Notes: generated by a model not told the origin, from the letters alone. 64,000 bases of DNA from a bacterium (GCA_965200245.1 CBDATS010000005.1:224001-288000), one strand, 5' to 3'; shown: positions 41,899 through 52,524, numbered from the stretch's first letter. Numbers and translations are program-made.

Positions 41899-43155
41899 CT
41901 AGAGAAACTCCCTCGGATCGGTGATGCGGCCCGTCACCGCGCTTGCCGCAACCGTGGCAGGCGAACCTAGGTATATCTCGGCCTCCTTGCTGCCGAGCCT
42001 GCCCGGGAAATTGCGGTTTGCGGAGGATATGGCCCGTTCGCCGTCGGCGAGACAGCCGTTCCCCGTCATCGAGGCGCAAGGCCCGCAAGCGGCGGTGAGC
42101 ACGGCGGCGCCCGCCTCAGCCAACGCACCGATAGCTCCACTCTTTGCAGCGGCCTCGTAAATCTTCTTGCTCGTGGGCGCGACGTAGAAGCGAACGCCCG
42201 GCGCAATCTTCTTCCCACGCACGATGTGCGCCGCGATCAGGATGTCCTCGAGCCTTCCATTCGTACAAGTGCCCACGAACGCCTGCTGGACGGGCAGGCC
42301 CGCGTAGTTCTCGATGGGGTGTGCATTTCCTGTGGCTGGAGGAGCAGCCACGACGGGCGTGAACGAGGAGATGTCGAGAACGATTCTCCTCGCATAGACG
42401 GCGTCCGGGTCAGGGCTTACGGGCGCATTGAAGCGCGCGCCATGCGCCCGCGCCCAATCGAGCGCCTTATCGTCCACTTCCATGATTCCCGTCTTCGCCC
42501 CCATGTCGACCGACATGTTCGCGATGGTGAAGCGAGCGTCCATCGAGAGATCCGACAGCGCATCCCCGCCATATTCCACCGCCATGTAGTTTGCGCCGTT
42601 CTCGCCCATCTCACGCGCGAGGACGAGTTCCATATCCTTCGAGAAAACGCCATGCGCGAGCGCGCCAGTGAACTCCACGCGGATACTCTCGGGCGTCTTG
42701 AACCACATCTTCCCGGTAGCGTAGGCCGAGGCGATTTCCACGCTCTCCACGGCCACACCCATCGCGCCTAGCGCACCGTAGGTGCACACATGACTGTCGC
42801 CGCCGACTGCAAGTGCGCCTGGCCCCACGCGTCCCTCCTCGGTCACCACTGTGTGGCAAACGCCCGCGCCCGGCTCGAAGATTTCGACCCCGTTTTCCTC
42901 ACCGAAGATTCTGAGCTTCTTATGGTGGTTCGCCCAGAGAACGTCTTGCGCGGGCACGAAATGATCGATGATGAAATCTGTCTTCTTTGGGTCCATGCGG
43001 AACCTGAAACCCGCCTCACGGAAGATGTCGACCGCCTTCGGTCCTTTGGCGTCGCCCGCCATGACATAGTCGAGTTCGGCGATCACCAAATCACCCGCCT
43101 TGGCCTCGTATTCAGCATGCGTAGAGAGGATTTTTTCCGCCATCGTCTGACCCAC
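41899..43155 (-). CDS. Isopropylmalate/homoaconitase-like dehydratase large subunit
   Basis: DH, GVCH, DSHVCTYGA, GTCTNGR, CGPC, NRNFPGR. Confidence 0.9.
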   Translation of the reverse strand: MGQTMAEKILSTHAEYEAKAGDLVIAELDYVMAGDAKGPKAVDIFREAGFRFRMDPKKTDFIIDHFVPAQDVLWANHHKKLRIFGEENGVEIFEPGAGVCHTVVTEEGRVGPGALAVGGDSHVCTYGALGAMGVAVESVEIASAYATGKMWFKTPESIRVEFTGALAHGVFSKDMELVLAREMGENGANYMAVEYGGDALSDLSMDARFTIANMSVDMGAKTGIMEVDDKALDWARAHGARFNAPVSPDPDAVYARRIVLDISSFTPVVAAPPATGNAHPIENYAGLPVQQAFVGTCTNGRLEDILIAAHIVRGKKIAPGVRFYVAPTSKKIYEAAAKSGAIGALAEAGAAVLTAACGPCASMTGNGCLADGERAISSANRNFPGRLGSKEAEIYLGSPATVAASAVTGRITDPREFL

Positions 43156-43358
43156 AGTGTTCTCCTTCATCTATACCGAAACGGAGCCACTTATATACAC
43201 CAAATATCAGTTGCGCGGAATTATGAAGGGGGTGAATTTAGGGACGAATTCAACAAATGGGAAGGCACGCGCCGGGAATCTGCGAAACAGTCGCCACACT
43301 CTGAAAAATTGCTTTGACTTTCCGCCCGCTCCCTGTGAAACTGATCGTGAGGGAGATC

Positions 43359-44522
43359 ATGAAAACTCTACGCAAGAACCCGATGCCAAAGTCCCGGAAA
43401 GTGAGCAACCCGAAGGCCTTGCTCTGCCATTTCGTTTTGACACTCTTGCTCCTTTGCACCACACCAGCCTGGGGGGAAGAGCGGCAGACGGCAACCGGCC
43501 CGGTTTTGGTCGAGCAGGTGGCGACGGGCCTCGATACACCTTGGGGACTCTCGTTCCTGCCGGACAGAGCCTTTTTGGTAACCGAGCGCGGCGGTTCTCT
43601 GTTCCACTTCGATTCCAGGCGACGCAAGCTCAGGGTCTCCGGCGTCCCGGCAGTTTATGCGTGGGGGCAAGGCGGGTTGATGGATGTCGTTGCCGCGCGA
43701 GATTTCCAGAAAACACGTACGATTTTCCTTGCCTATTCGAAACCCTCCCGAGGCGGTGCGGGTACGGCACTCGCCGTCGCCACGCTCTCATCCAACAACC
43801 GAAAGATCGAGAACCTGCGTATCATCTTCGAGATGGCGGCACCTTCCCGAGAATGGCGTCACTTCGGCTCCCGCGTCGTGGAGGCACCAGATGGAACGCT
43901 CTTCCTCACACTCGGTGATCGGGGAGACGCCCATAAGGCACAAGACCTATCCGTTCACCACGGCAAGATCGTCCGCATCCGCCGTGACGGCAGCATCCCC
44001 CCGGACAATCCCCTCATCGGGCGGGCGGGGGCTCGCCCTGAAATCTGGTCGTGGGGTCACAGAAACCCCCAAGGCGCTGCTCTCGATGCGAAGGGGACAC
44101 TTTGGGCCGTAGAGCACGGCGCGCGCGGTGGAGACGAAATCAACCGGATCATGAAAGGGCGCAACTACGGCTGGCCGGTCATCTCCTATGGCCGTCACTA
44201 CTGGGGCGGGAAGATCGGCGAGGGGTTTGCCAAAGAGGGTATGGAACAACCCGACTTCTACTGGGACCCTTCCATCGCGCCTTCAGGAATGGCCATATAT
44301 TCTGGGCGGCTCCGCCCGGCCTGGCGCGGACAGTTTTTCATCGGCTCGCTGAAATTCGACCACATCTCCCGGCTGGATATGGCAGGTGGCTTCCGGGAAT
44401 TGGAGCGTTTGTCCTTCCCTGAGACCGGTCGCGTGCGCGACGTGCGTGAAGCACCGGACGGAACGCTCTGGTTCCTGTCGGAGGAAAGAGAAGCAGTCTA
44501 CCGGATTACCCCCCGACGGTAA
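43359..44522 (+). CDS. PQQ-dependent sugar dehydrogenase (YliI/sGDH family)
   Basis: GQGGLMD, HFGSR, GHRNPQG, EHGARGGDE, NYGWP. Confidence 0.9.
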   Translation: MKTLRKNPMPKSRKVSNPKALLCHFVLTLLLLCTTPAWGEERQTATGPVLVEQVATGLDTPWGLSFLPDRAFLVTERGGSLFHFDSRRRKLRVSGVPAVYAWGQGGLMDVVAARDFQKTRTIFLAYSKPSRGGAGTALAVATLSSNNRKIENLRIIFEMAAPSREWRHFGSRVVEAPDGTLFLTLGDRGDAHKAQDLSVHHGKIVRIRRDGSIPPDNPLIGRAGARPEIWSWGHRNPQGAALDAKGTLWAVEHGARGGDEINRIMKGRNYGWPVISYGRHYWGGKIGEGFAKEGMEQPDFYWDPSIAPSGMAIYSGRLRPAWRGQFFIGSLKFDHISRLDMAGGFRELERLSFPETGRVRDVREAPDGTLWFLSEEREAVYRITPRR

Positions 44523-45003
44523 CACACATCCCCTTTTCATACCCCAATCGTTTTCGCGGCGACGTTCCGCTCCAGGGATTCTTGGTCCCACATTCCTGAA
44601 AAGTTCGATCAGAGAGTTGAAAATTCCATTGATACAGGAAGTGCTGCCGTCTTTTTCCGGAAGTGGCAGTCTTTTCCTCCACATCTTCGCGACAGTTGTC
44701 GAAATCCTTGCAAAGATACCGGTCTCCTGCCCCGCAATTTCAGGATGCCGTACCCGTTGCAGAGGCGTATCTACGCAAGTATTTCTCGTCTCACACACTC
44801 AAGGGAATCGTGTTCATGGTGGGGATAACAGCCAGCTCTCAACTGTTCATCAACTGCCAGGTTCTCAGAATCTTTCTCTTTATCCAGCCCAAAATCCGCG
44901 CCACGGCGGAGAACAAAGCAGCGCCTCACGTGGGGCATGCTGCTTGACTGGGCAGCGTTTCATGTTTTTCATCCACGGGCTTCGGGATACGGGTTCCCAA
45001 GGT

Positions 45004-45357
45004 TCAGTCCCTGCCTGCTTCCGGACGTTCTTCGTTTTTTGGGACGATGTCGTAGAGATAATCAAACGAATATATGCCAGCGCCACACCCGCCCCGCCAG
45101 ATGAAATTGATGGCGTAGCGCCCCACCATCTCGACGTTTTCAAGCTCTGCAGGCCCACTCGGCCCCGTGAGGACAGAGAGGGGGTTCTTCTCGCGCTCCT
45201 TACGCTTTTCCTTGCAGTTCGCACATGGGCAAAGGGCCGCCAGATAATCGAAGCCATAGGCGCTCTTCTCCCCGCTCGCCCATTCGACGCGAAATTCGCG
45301 GGCGGGCTTATCTACCGTGAGATCGACTGGGTGGGCCTTTTTTTCCATTGCGCTCAT
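45004..45357 (-). CDS. DUF971 / GBBH-like N-terminal domain protein
   Basis: LAALCPCANC, VGRYAINFIW, GIYSFDYL. Confidence 0.85.
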   Translation of the reverse strand: MSAMEKKAHPVDLTVDKPAREFRVEWASGEKSAYGFDYLAALCPCANCKEKRKEREKNPLSVLTGPSGPAELENVEMVGRYAINFIWRGGCGAGIYSFDYLYDIVPKNEERPEAGRD

Positions 45358-45384
45358 GAAACGTAAACCTCGAATGGGCAGCGA

Positions 45385-46044
45385 TTATCTCGACTTCATG
45401 CCGTATTTCTCGTACTTCTTTGCCGAGGCTGAACTGCGCTTGGCGGATTCGGGCGTTTTGAGCTCCAACAGATAGGGACGCTCGACCGATGTGGCACTCA
45501 CGGCGTCAAGGAGCCCCTGCTCGTCGCCCTCTTTCTCCCAGTCACCCTCTTCCAGCTTGACGAATACAGGCTTGCCTTCTCCCAAATCGAGCGTGGGGAC
45601 GCCGAAGATGCCTTGATCGGCCGCTTCTTCATGTTCTTGCGCGATGAGAGGAATCGTGGCGCCACTTTTCATATCCTCTTCCCAGCGAGCGACGTCAAGA
45701 CCCACATCCACGGCGATATCGCGCAGCACCAACTCGCTGGTGATGTCCTTTCCGTCCCTGTGCTTCGCCCGGTGTAGCGCCACGTGGTATCTGTCGAATT
45801 GCGTCTCGCCTTGCAAGGCCGCGCATTTGGCCGCCTGATGCGGGGGGAGGTCCCTGCTCGGGAAAGTCTGATCTTCCCAAGCCTTCCAGTCCTCGCCGCG
45901 CGTGGGGCCGAAATTCGCCTGCTCCAGCACAAAGGCCTTGTAACTCACTTTCAGACCGCTTCTTTTCCCCTGGAGACGAACGAGCCACTCCATGGCTCTG
46001 TAAGCGTAGGGTCAGACATAGCAGTTCCACATGACGAGGTTCAT
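45385..46044 (-). CDS. DsbA/FrnE-like thioredoxin-fold selenoprotein (CxxU)
   Basis: ATG 46044 with AGGGAG SD; MNLVMWNCYV-TGA(46012-46014)-PYAYRAMEWL is in frame with ORF 45385-45993; GIFGVPT cis-Pro loop. Confidence 0.85.
45982..45998 (-). promoter_or_regulatory. Putative bacterial SECIS hairpin
   Basis: GAGCCA-TGGAG-TGGCTC; loop starts at nt 20 after the UGA, with G at loop position 2. Confidence 0.65.
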
Positions 46045-46155
46045 GGTTTTTCTCCCTTAAAAACAAGTTATCAAGGAATATGGCGAGCCAATGATACACC
46101 ACAAGAAAGCAGATGAAAAAGCGGAGCAACGCCTTTTGAGTATAGCTTATTCCCA

Positions 46156-46755
46156 CTAGCCATCAGATGCGAGCGCCTTGTTGAGGAGTGCCTCCGCACC
46201 AGCATTCATCGAAATCTCCCTGGCGACCTCCCGCCCGCGTGGAGACATCTTCCGCCATGTTTTCCGCAAGATACCTATAATTTTCTCTTCATCATGAAGA
46301 CGGGAGAAATCCCAAAAATAGCTCTCCAGAAACACCAGGCAGGCGACATCCTCAAGTGTCTGGGTTTCCGGGTTTGTTTTTATACCCTGCTTTTTGAGCA
46401 GCATCCGCACGCGATCTATCACATCCCCTTCATAACCCACCTTTTCCAGTATCTCGGCCACTTTTTCGCCGTGATAGTCGTACAGGCGGGTGCGCCATTG
46501 GTGGTACCCCTTCCTGTCCAGAGGATAACTCGAACGAGGAATCTCCCACCGGCGTATGTGTTGGCCCCTCACCGCCAAACAGAGGGTCTCGGAAGCGTGT
46601 GGCTCGATGGTTTGGAGCCATTTCGTCATTCTCATCGAATACAAAAACTCTTCAGGATAATCTTCGCCTTCAAATTTCTCGAAATTCGGGTCCCGTAAGT
46701 TCGCCTCGTCTATAAGACGCATAGCTTCTTCAAATCGGCCAGGGTTTTCACTCAT
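46156..46755 (-). CDS. DUF4202 family protein
   Basis: IDEANLRDPN, QHIRRWEIPRSSYP, GYHQWR, LEDVACLVFL, KTWRKMS. Confidence 0.85.
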   Translation of the reverse strand: MSENPGRFEEAMRLIDEANLRDPNFEKFEGEDYPEEFLYSMRMTKWLQTIEPHASETLCLAVRGQHIRRWEIPRSSYPLDRKGYHQWRTRLYDYHGEKVAEILEKVGYEGDVIDRVRMLLKKQGIKTNPETQTLEDVACLVFLESYFWDFSRLHDEEKIIGILRKTWRKMSPRGREVAREISMNAGAEALLNKALASDG

Positions 46756-46929
46756 GATGAGGAACCTTCTTCGTAATGTTGGACACTCAAAATCATTCCT
46801 GAACAACACGACCCAATAATAAACACCTGTTCGGGTTGACAAAAGCGTGCGATCGGAATATTTTTCAAAGTTGTTAATTAATTCAGTCAACAATGAAAGG
46901 GAAACCACTCTCCAAACAGGAATATCTCT

Positions 46930-47727
46930 ATGTATCAAGGAAAAGTGCAGATAGTGGGAGCTGGTCCTGGAGATCCGGACTTGCTTACACTCAAGGCGGC
47001 GAAAGCCTTATCGAACGCGGATATCGTTATCTATGATCGTCTCGTAAATCCTGAAGTTCTTGCACTTTGCCCGGAAAGCTGTCAACGCATTGATGCGGGC
47101 AAATCCAGCGGGCGACATACCATGAATCAAGAAGATATCAATAAATCTCTCGTCCATTTCGCTCATAGCGGTTTTCAGGTAGTGCGTCTGAAAGGTGGAG
47201 ACCCTTTCGTATTCGGGCGTGGTGGAGAAGAAGCGCAAGCTCTCGTCGAAGCCGGCATTCATTTCGAAATCATACCAGGCATCAGTTCTGCACTGGCCGT
47301 GCCTGCGTATGCAGGAATACCTGTCACACAACGAAATCTCGCCTCATCATTTACGGTCGTAACGGCCCACGAAGACCCCAGCAAACCGAAAACACAGGTA
47401 GATTACGAGCATTTGGCAAAAGATAAGGGAACACTTGTTTTTCTCATGGGCGCACGTTCCATTGGGCGTATATCAGCCGCTCTCATCGAAAACGGCATGG
47501 CAAAAGACACACCCACCGCCATCATTGAAAACGGAACCACGAAAAGGCAATTCACCTTACGTTGCGCTTTGGCGGAAGCATCGAGCCTCGCGCAACGCGA
47601 AGAGATATCCCCACCTGCTGTTTTTCTCGTAGGCCCCGTCGCCGGACTTGAGGAGCTTGTATGGTTCGAGGCCGATGAGAGTCAGGAAATATCCTGGCGT
47701 TGTTTCCCGGAAGCATTCTTGAACTAA
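46930..47727 (+). CDS. cobA: Uroporphyrinogen-III C-methyltransferase
   Basis: VGAGPGDPDLLT, RLKGGDPFVFGRGGEE, PGISSA. Confidence 0.93.
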   Translation: MYQGKVQIVGAGPGDPDLLTLKAAKALSNADIVIYDRLVNPEVLALCPESCQRIDAGKSSGRHTMNQEDINKSLVHFAHSGFQVVRLKGGDPFVFGRGGEEAQALVEAGIHFEIIPGISSALAVPAYAGIPVTQRNLASSFTVVTAHEDPSKPKTQVDYEHLAKDKGTLVFLMGARSIGRISAALIENGMAKDTPTAIIENGTTKRQFTLRCALAEASSLAQREEISPPAVFLVGPVAGLEELVWFEADESQEISWRCFPEAFLN

Positions 47728-47812
47728 TCCCACTTCGTTCATACCGGGCTTTGGCCCAAGCTACATTCATCATCCGATATGCATATAGAACGGTTTACAT
47801 AAGGGGCATGCA

Positions 47813-49615
47813 ATGCACGAAGAATCACGAAAACCACTCTCTGCAGAAACACTGGGCGTCATTCCGGTGATTCCCGAAGAATTCGATGATTTCGAAACAC
47901 AAGCCATCAGATTCCGAAAGGGTGAACTCGAAAACGGTGAATTCCTCCCTTACCGGTTAAAGCGCGGCGTATACGGCCAACGCCAAGCGGATGCGCAGAT
48001 GGTACGCGTGAAAATACCTTTTGGCGGTCTAAGTGCTTCTCAGATCGAAGCTCTTGGACGCGTATCCCGCGATTATGCGCCACTGGGAAAAGGCCATGTA
48101 ACAACACGGGAAAACGTACAGTTTCACTTTGTCCCTCTCGATAAAGCCGCCAAAGTTTTGAGACTTCTGGGTGAAGTGGGACTCACTACGCGGGAAGCTT
48201 GTGGAAATTGTGTAAGAAACGTCACGGGATGTCCCTATGCGGGTGTTTGTAAAGATCAAGTATTTGACGCTACTCCTCACGCAGGTGCGTTCGCACGTTA
48301 CTTCGTTCGGAAGCACTTCACGCAGGATTTGCCTCGCAAATTCAAAGTGGCATTCTCCAGTTGTGCTTCGGACTGCGTGGTCGGCGGAATTCACGACATC
48401 GGTTTCATACCGGTAATCAAGGAGGTGGAAGGAACTCCCCTGCATGGCTTCAAGATGCTCGTGGGCGGCGGACTCGCCACATTCGCGCGTACCGCCGAGG
48501 TGCTTTACGAGTTCGTCCCCGTATCCGATTTCCTCAGGGTGAGCGAAGCCCTGATTCGGGTTTTTGATCAGGCTGCCGAACTTAGAAAATCCCGCTTCAA
48601 GGCACGCATCAAGTTCCTCGTGAGTTGGATAGGGATAGACGGACTGCGCGAACGTGTCGAAGAAGAACTTAAAAAAGACTGGGCGAAAGAGCCCGTTAAC
48701 CCTGAACCTAACCTTTGGAAAGACAACGAAGAAGCCGACGCTCCACCAGTTTTGAACACACTGAACGGTGCGAACGCAAATCCGAATGGCGACTCGGCGG
48801 ATTATCACGCATGGAGAAAAACGAACGTCACCTCACAAAGGCAAGAAGGTTATTTCACCGTCGAGATTAAACTTCCCCTGGGGAACATCCACACAGATCA
48901 GTTCTTCGCCTTGGCCGATCTCACACGAAGATTCGCGAGAGGACGAGCCAGAACGAGTTTCGAGCAAAACCTCGTTCTCCGGTGGGTGCGGGAAGGAGAA
49001 CTTTATCCTCTCTGGAAAGAACTTCAACGTATCGGTCTCGCCGAAAAAGGCGCACGTGAGATATCCGACGTGGTTTCCTGCCCGGGAACGGATTCGTGCA
49101 AGCTCGGCATTACTTCTTCCATGGGTCTGGCGAATGCCATTCGTGACACGCTCCAGGAAGTCGATCAGGATCCGCTCACGCAGGAGATACACATCAAGAT
49201 GAGCGGTTGCCCCAATTCATGCGGTCAGCATCACATCGCGAACATCGGCTTTCATGGAGGAACGCTCAGATCGAACGGAGCGATGTTGCCAGCTTATGAA
49301 ATCTTCCTCGGCGGCCAATACGAAACTCCTGACGGAGAAATCCGTATCGGCAAGCGTATCCAGGTTCGGATTCCCGCCAAGCGCGTCCCCGCAGCGTTAA
49401 AGAAGATGTTGTCTCACTATCAGGGAAACAGAAATGAAGGCGAGCGTTTCAATGAGTTTTTAGACCGCGTGGAAGGCGCTTCCTTCGAAGAATTGTTGCA
49501 AGAGTTTCATCTTGCTGGTCAATTCAACGACGAATCCGATACGGACTTGTTCATCGACTGGAGTCAGAACAAACAATACGTACTCGAGAGGGGAGAAGGC
49601 GAATGCCTAGCCTAG
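47813..49615 (+). CDS. Ferredoxin-type nitrite/sulfite reductase (siroheme-4Fe4S)
   Basis: TTRENVQ, CGNCVRN, LPRKFK, CPGTDSC, SGCPNSCGQH. Confidence 0.9.
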   Translation: MHEESRKPLSAETLGVIPVIPEEFDDFETQAIRFRKGELENGEFLPYRLKRGVYGQRQADAQMVRVKIPFGGLSASQIEALGRVSRDYAPLGKGHVTTRENVQFHFVPLDKAAKVLRLLGEVGLTTREACGNCVRNVTGCPYAGVCKDQVFDATPHAGAFARYFVRKHFTQDLPRKFKVAFSSCASDCVVGGIHDIGFIPVIKEVEGTPLHGFKMLVGGGLATFARTAEVLYEFVPVSDFLRVSEALIRVFDQAAELRKSRFKARIKFLVSWIGIDGLRERVEEELKKDWAKEPVNPEPNLWKDNEEADAPPVLNTLNGANANPNGDSADYHAWRKTNVTSQRQEGYFTVEIKLPLGNIHTDQFFALADLTRRFARGRARTSFEQNLVLRWVREGELYPLWKELQRIGLAEKGAREISDVVSCPGTDSCKLGITSSMGLANAIRDTLQEVDQDPLTQEIHIKMSGCPNSCGQHHIANIGFHGGTLRSNGAMLPAYEIFLGGQYETPDGEIRIGKRIQVRIPAKRVPAALKKMLSHYQGNRNEGERFNEFLDRVEGASFEELLQEFHLAGQFNDESDTDLFIDWSQNKQYVLERGEGECLA

Positions 49616-50055
49616 AAAAACAATCCGAACTTCTGGACGAGACTTCCAGGGATCAGGTAAAAACGGCGGTTTTGCTCGTTGGTCACGGTAGCCGCGCCCG
49701 AAACGCGAACGAAGCGCTTTTCCGCGTCGTTGAACATTTTCAGAAGGCGTGGCCGCATCGTATATTGAAGGCGGCATTTCTGGAGATCAGCTATCCCTCG
49801 ATTCCCGAGGGAGTCGATTTGTGTGTATCTGAAGGGGCTGAGAGAATCATCATCATCCCCTATTTCCTTTTCAGGGGCAATCACGTAGCCGTGGACTTGC
49901 CCGCCTTCATTAAAGAAAGCAGGGGAAAATACCCGGAAATAGATGTCATCCTAGGTCCGCATCTCGGCTTTCATCCAAAGATGATTGAGATCGTCGACGA
50001 GCGCATCCAGCAAGTGCTCGATACGCTAAAATTTGAGGAAAAGGCACTCCCATGA
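49603..50055 (+). CDS. Sirohydrochlorin chelatase (SirB/CbiX)
   Basis: VGHGSR, AFLE, PYFLFRGNH, HLG. Confidence 0.88.
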   Translation: MPSLEKQSELLDETSRDQVKTAVLLVGHGSRARNANEALFRVVEHFQKAWPHRILKAAFLEISYPSIPEGVDLCVSEGAERIIIIPYFLFRGNHVAVDLPAFIKESRGKYPEIDVILGPHLGFHPKMIEIVDERIQQVLDTLKFEEKALP

Positions 50056-51064
50056 ATAAACAGAATGGCTCCGTCAGACCAATAGCAGTTTATTATGAAC
50101 ATCCCGATTGGTTCAGAAAACTATTCGATGAGCTGGACGCAAGAAACATTGCCTATGAAAAAATGGAAGCACACAATCACCGTTTCGACCCGTCGGAAAC
50201 CGAATCGACTTATTCTGTGATTGTAAACCGCATGAGCCCATCCGCATGGGCTCGAGGGCATACCCATGCGATTCCCTACACACTTGAGTATTTCGCGCAT
50301 CTCAAGGCGATCGGCGCCAACGTGATTAACGGCTACGAGGCTTATCTCCATGAATTCTCAAAAGTGCGCCAAACCCGCCTGTTAAAGGCCCTGGGGGCCA
50401 ATCATCCGAGGTCCCGGGTGATTAACCATCCCTCACAGGCTCTGGCTGCGGCCGAGGGGTTCAGCTTTCCCGTCATCACAAAGGCAAATATTGGTGGGAG
50501 TGGCGCAGGCATACAAAAGTACGATACACCTGTGGGAGTGGCGCAGGCATACAAAAGTACGATACACCTGAAGAACTCCAGCAAGCGGCCGATAATGCGA
50601 GTATCAATTTCGGTATCGATAGTTTGGCTCTCGTTCAGGAATATATTCCACCCCGCGGAGAACAAATCGTCCGGGTCGAGGTATTGAATGGCGCGTTCCT
50701 ATACGCGATCCAGCTTGCTTTGGTGGATCCAAATTCATTCAATCTCTGTCCTGGCAGTTATTCTCGCCGCAATGAGGAGGTCGCATGTGGTGTAAACGGC
50801 AGGAACGCCCTGATTGAGAAAGTTACGCCACCTCAAGAGGTTATCGATACCGTCGAGAAAATTATGCGAACAGCCAACATCGAAGTCGGTGGCGTCGAAT
50901 ATCTGGTCAGCGACAAGGATGGGGAGATATATTATTATGACATCAATGCGCTCTCGAATTTCGTGGACGATGCGCAGAATGTGGTCGGTTTCGACCCTTG
51001 GCCGTTGATGGCCGATTTCATTCTCGAGCGTGCGCATCATCCTGCCCCTTCAGTAAGTTTTTAA
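50052..51064 (+). pseudogene. RimK-like ATP-grasp protein, frameshifted by 38-bp tandem duplication
   Basis: KANIGGSGAGI in the first ORF; QEYIP, GGVEY, YDINALSNF in the second. Removing one repeat copy restores a 324-aa frame. Confidence 0.85.
50494..50569 (+). repeat. Perfect 38-bp tandem duplication
   Basis: GTGGGAGTGGCGCAGGCATACAAAAGTACGATACACCT at 50494-50531 and again at 50532-50569. Confidence 0.97.
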
Positions 51065-51117
51065 CGCTCACGTTCGAGGCGCTTTGATGCGCTTGCTAAC
51101 TTTCCTATAATGCCGGG

Positions 51118-52014
51118 GTGTTTGAGACAGCTGCCGTATACGCCCTCATATCAGCAATTTTACTCGCGTTAAGGGATATCTTCGGACGCTTCGCGGTTCT
51201 TGGCATAGATCCCATCACCGGTACAGCCTTCTCGGCCATTATCGGCCTGCCCGTCCTGTGGATTATCTCTGTTTGGAGAGGAGATTTTTCAGACCCTTGG
51301 CCTGATTTCGGCTGGCCTCTGGGTTTCATCGCTATCGCAGGAATTTTCAGGGTCTGCTTCGCCCGCACCATGCTCTTTGCGGCCACTCAATATATTGGAT
51401 CCGCACGTACGAGCACCATCGTAGCCACGAACCTGATATTCGCCGTATTCTTCGGGGTCGTTTTTCTGGATGAGACACTCACATTCAGAATCGGGCTGGG
51501 TGCCTTCCTGGTTTTCACTGGATATATCTTTATCGCCAGGAGTCATGTGAATCAAAAGAAAGGAGCGGCCTCTCCAAAAACGTATGTCGGAATGGGATTG
51601 GCTTTGGGATGCGCGCTGGCTTTTGGAGCGGCCGCAGTACTTGTGCGACCAGCGGTAGGTTTTTTTACTTCCCCAAACGAAGCGAACCTCTATTCCAATA
51701 TTTTCGCGGTAGGAGCCTTTCTGCCTTTCCTGTTTCGCAAAGGGGAAATTGGTGCGATCAAGAACTGGACTCCTGGCAACTGGGGATTTATCTTCCTAGC
51801 CGGATTATCAGCAAGTCTCGGCGTCACTTTTTTATATTTCGCGCTGGCGTCCGCACCCGTCGTCTACGCTTTTCCCGTCTCGCAATCGAGGCCGTTGTTC
51901 GCCATCGCAATTTCATGGACTTTTCTCCAGTCGGAAGAGAAAATGAACTGGCGCGTCGTGGCTGGTGCGACTGCTATTTTTCTAGGCACGGTAAGTTTGA
52001 TTTTCAAGGAATGA
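51118..52014 (+). CDS. EamA/DMT family transporter
   Basis: About ten TM helices; two EamA repeats (FLDE, LQSEE). Confidence 0.85.
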   Translation: MFETAAVYALISAILLALRDIFGRFAVLGIDPITGTAFSAIIGLPVLWIISVWRGDFSDPWPDFGWPLGFIAIAGIFRVCFARTMLFAATQYIGSARTSTIVATNLIFAVFFGVVFLDETLTFRIGLGAFLVFTGYIFIARSHVNQKKGAASPKTYVGMGLALGCALAFGAAAVLVRPAVGFFTSPNEANLYSNIFAVGAFLPFLFRKGEIGAIKNWTPGNWGFIFLAGLSASLGVTFLYFALASAPVVYAFPVSQSRPLFAIAISWTFLQSEEKMNWRVVAGATAIFLGTVSLIFKE

Positions 52015-52188
52015 AGTAAATTGACACTTTCAAAGGAAACGACTGGAAAACAGTCAAACATTGTTTGGACATCAGTATTTCGTGAAGTACCTGGAAACAG
52101 AAATAAGGCGAATTGCAAGCAAGCAGAAATTAGAATACATTTTTATTGAACCCTATAAGTGGATCGGTTATTCAGGAGGTCATCACAC

Positions 52189-52524
52189 ATGATGAACATC
52201 GGGGAAGAAAAAGCGGATTCTGTTATCGTGCTCACGATCGAAGGGCGTGCCGACGGTTTCACTGCGCCGGATCTCGAAAACCGGATTTCTGAAATCGTCG
52301 ATCGTGGTGACGTGCATGTAATACTTGATTGCGCAGAAATGACGTACATCAGTAGTGCCGGATTGCGCATTTTTCTCACAGGCGCCAGAAAATGCCAGCA
52401 GAACGGCGGCAAATTGATGATTTGCGCGCTGCAACCCGACTGCAAGTCTGTGATAGAAACCAGCGGTTTCCATACTGCAATCGATTGCCATAATACACGT
52501 GAGGCAGCCCTCGCGGTGTTTTAA
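52189..52524 (+). CDS. STAS domain anti-sigma-factor antagonist
   Basis: GRAD, YISSAGLR phosphorylation motif; AGGAGG SD. Confidence 0.9.
   Translation: MMNIGEEKADSVIVLTIEGRADGFTAPDLENRISEIVDRGDVHVILDCAEMTYISSAGLRIFLTGARKCQQNGGKLMICALQPDCKSVIETSGFHTAIDCHNTREAALAVF

Noticed and set aside
44523-45003. 480-nt gap inspected for UGA-readthrough genes or ncRNA
   Set aside because: No frame with a credible start, motif or Cys-like UGA context, and no recognisable RNA family.
50494-50569. 38-bp repeat as a CRISPR repeat
   Set aside because: Two directly abutting copies with no spacer, inside a coding sequence, and no cas genes.
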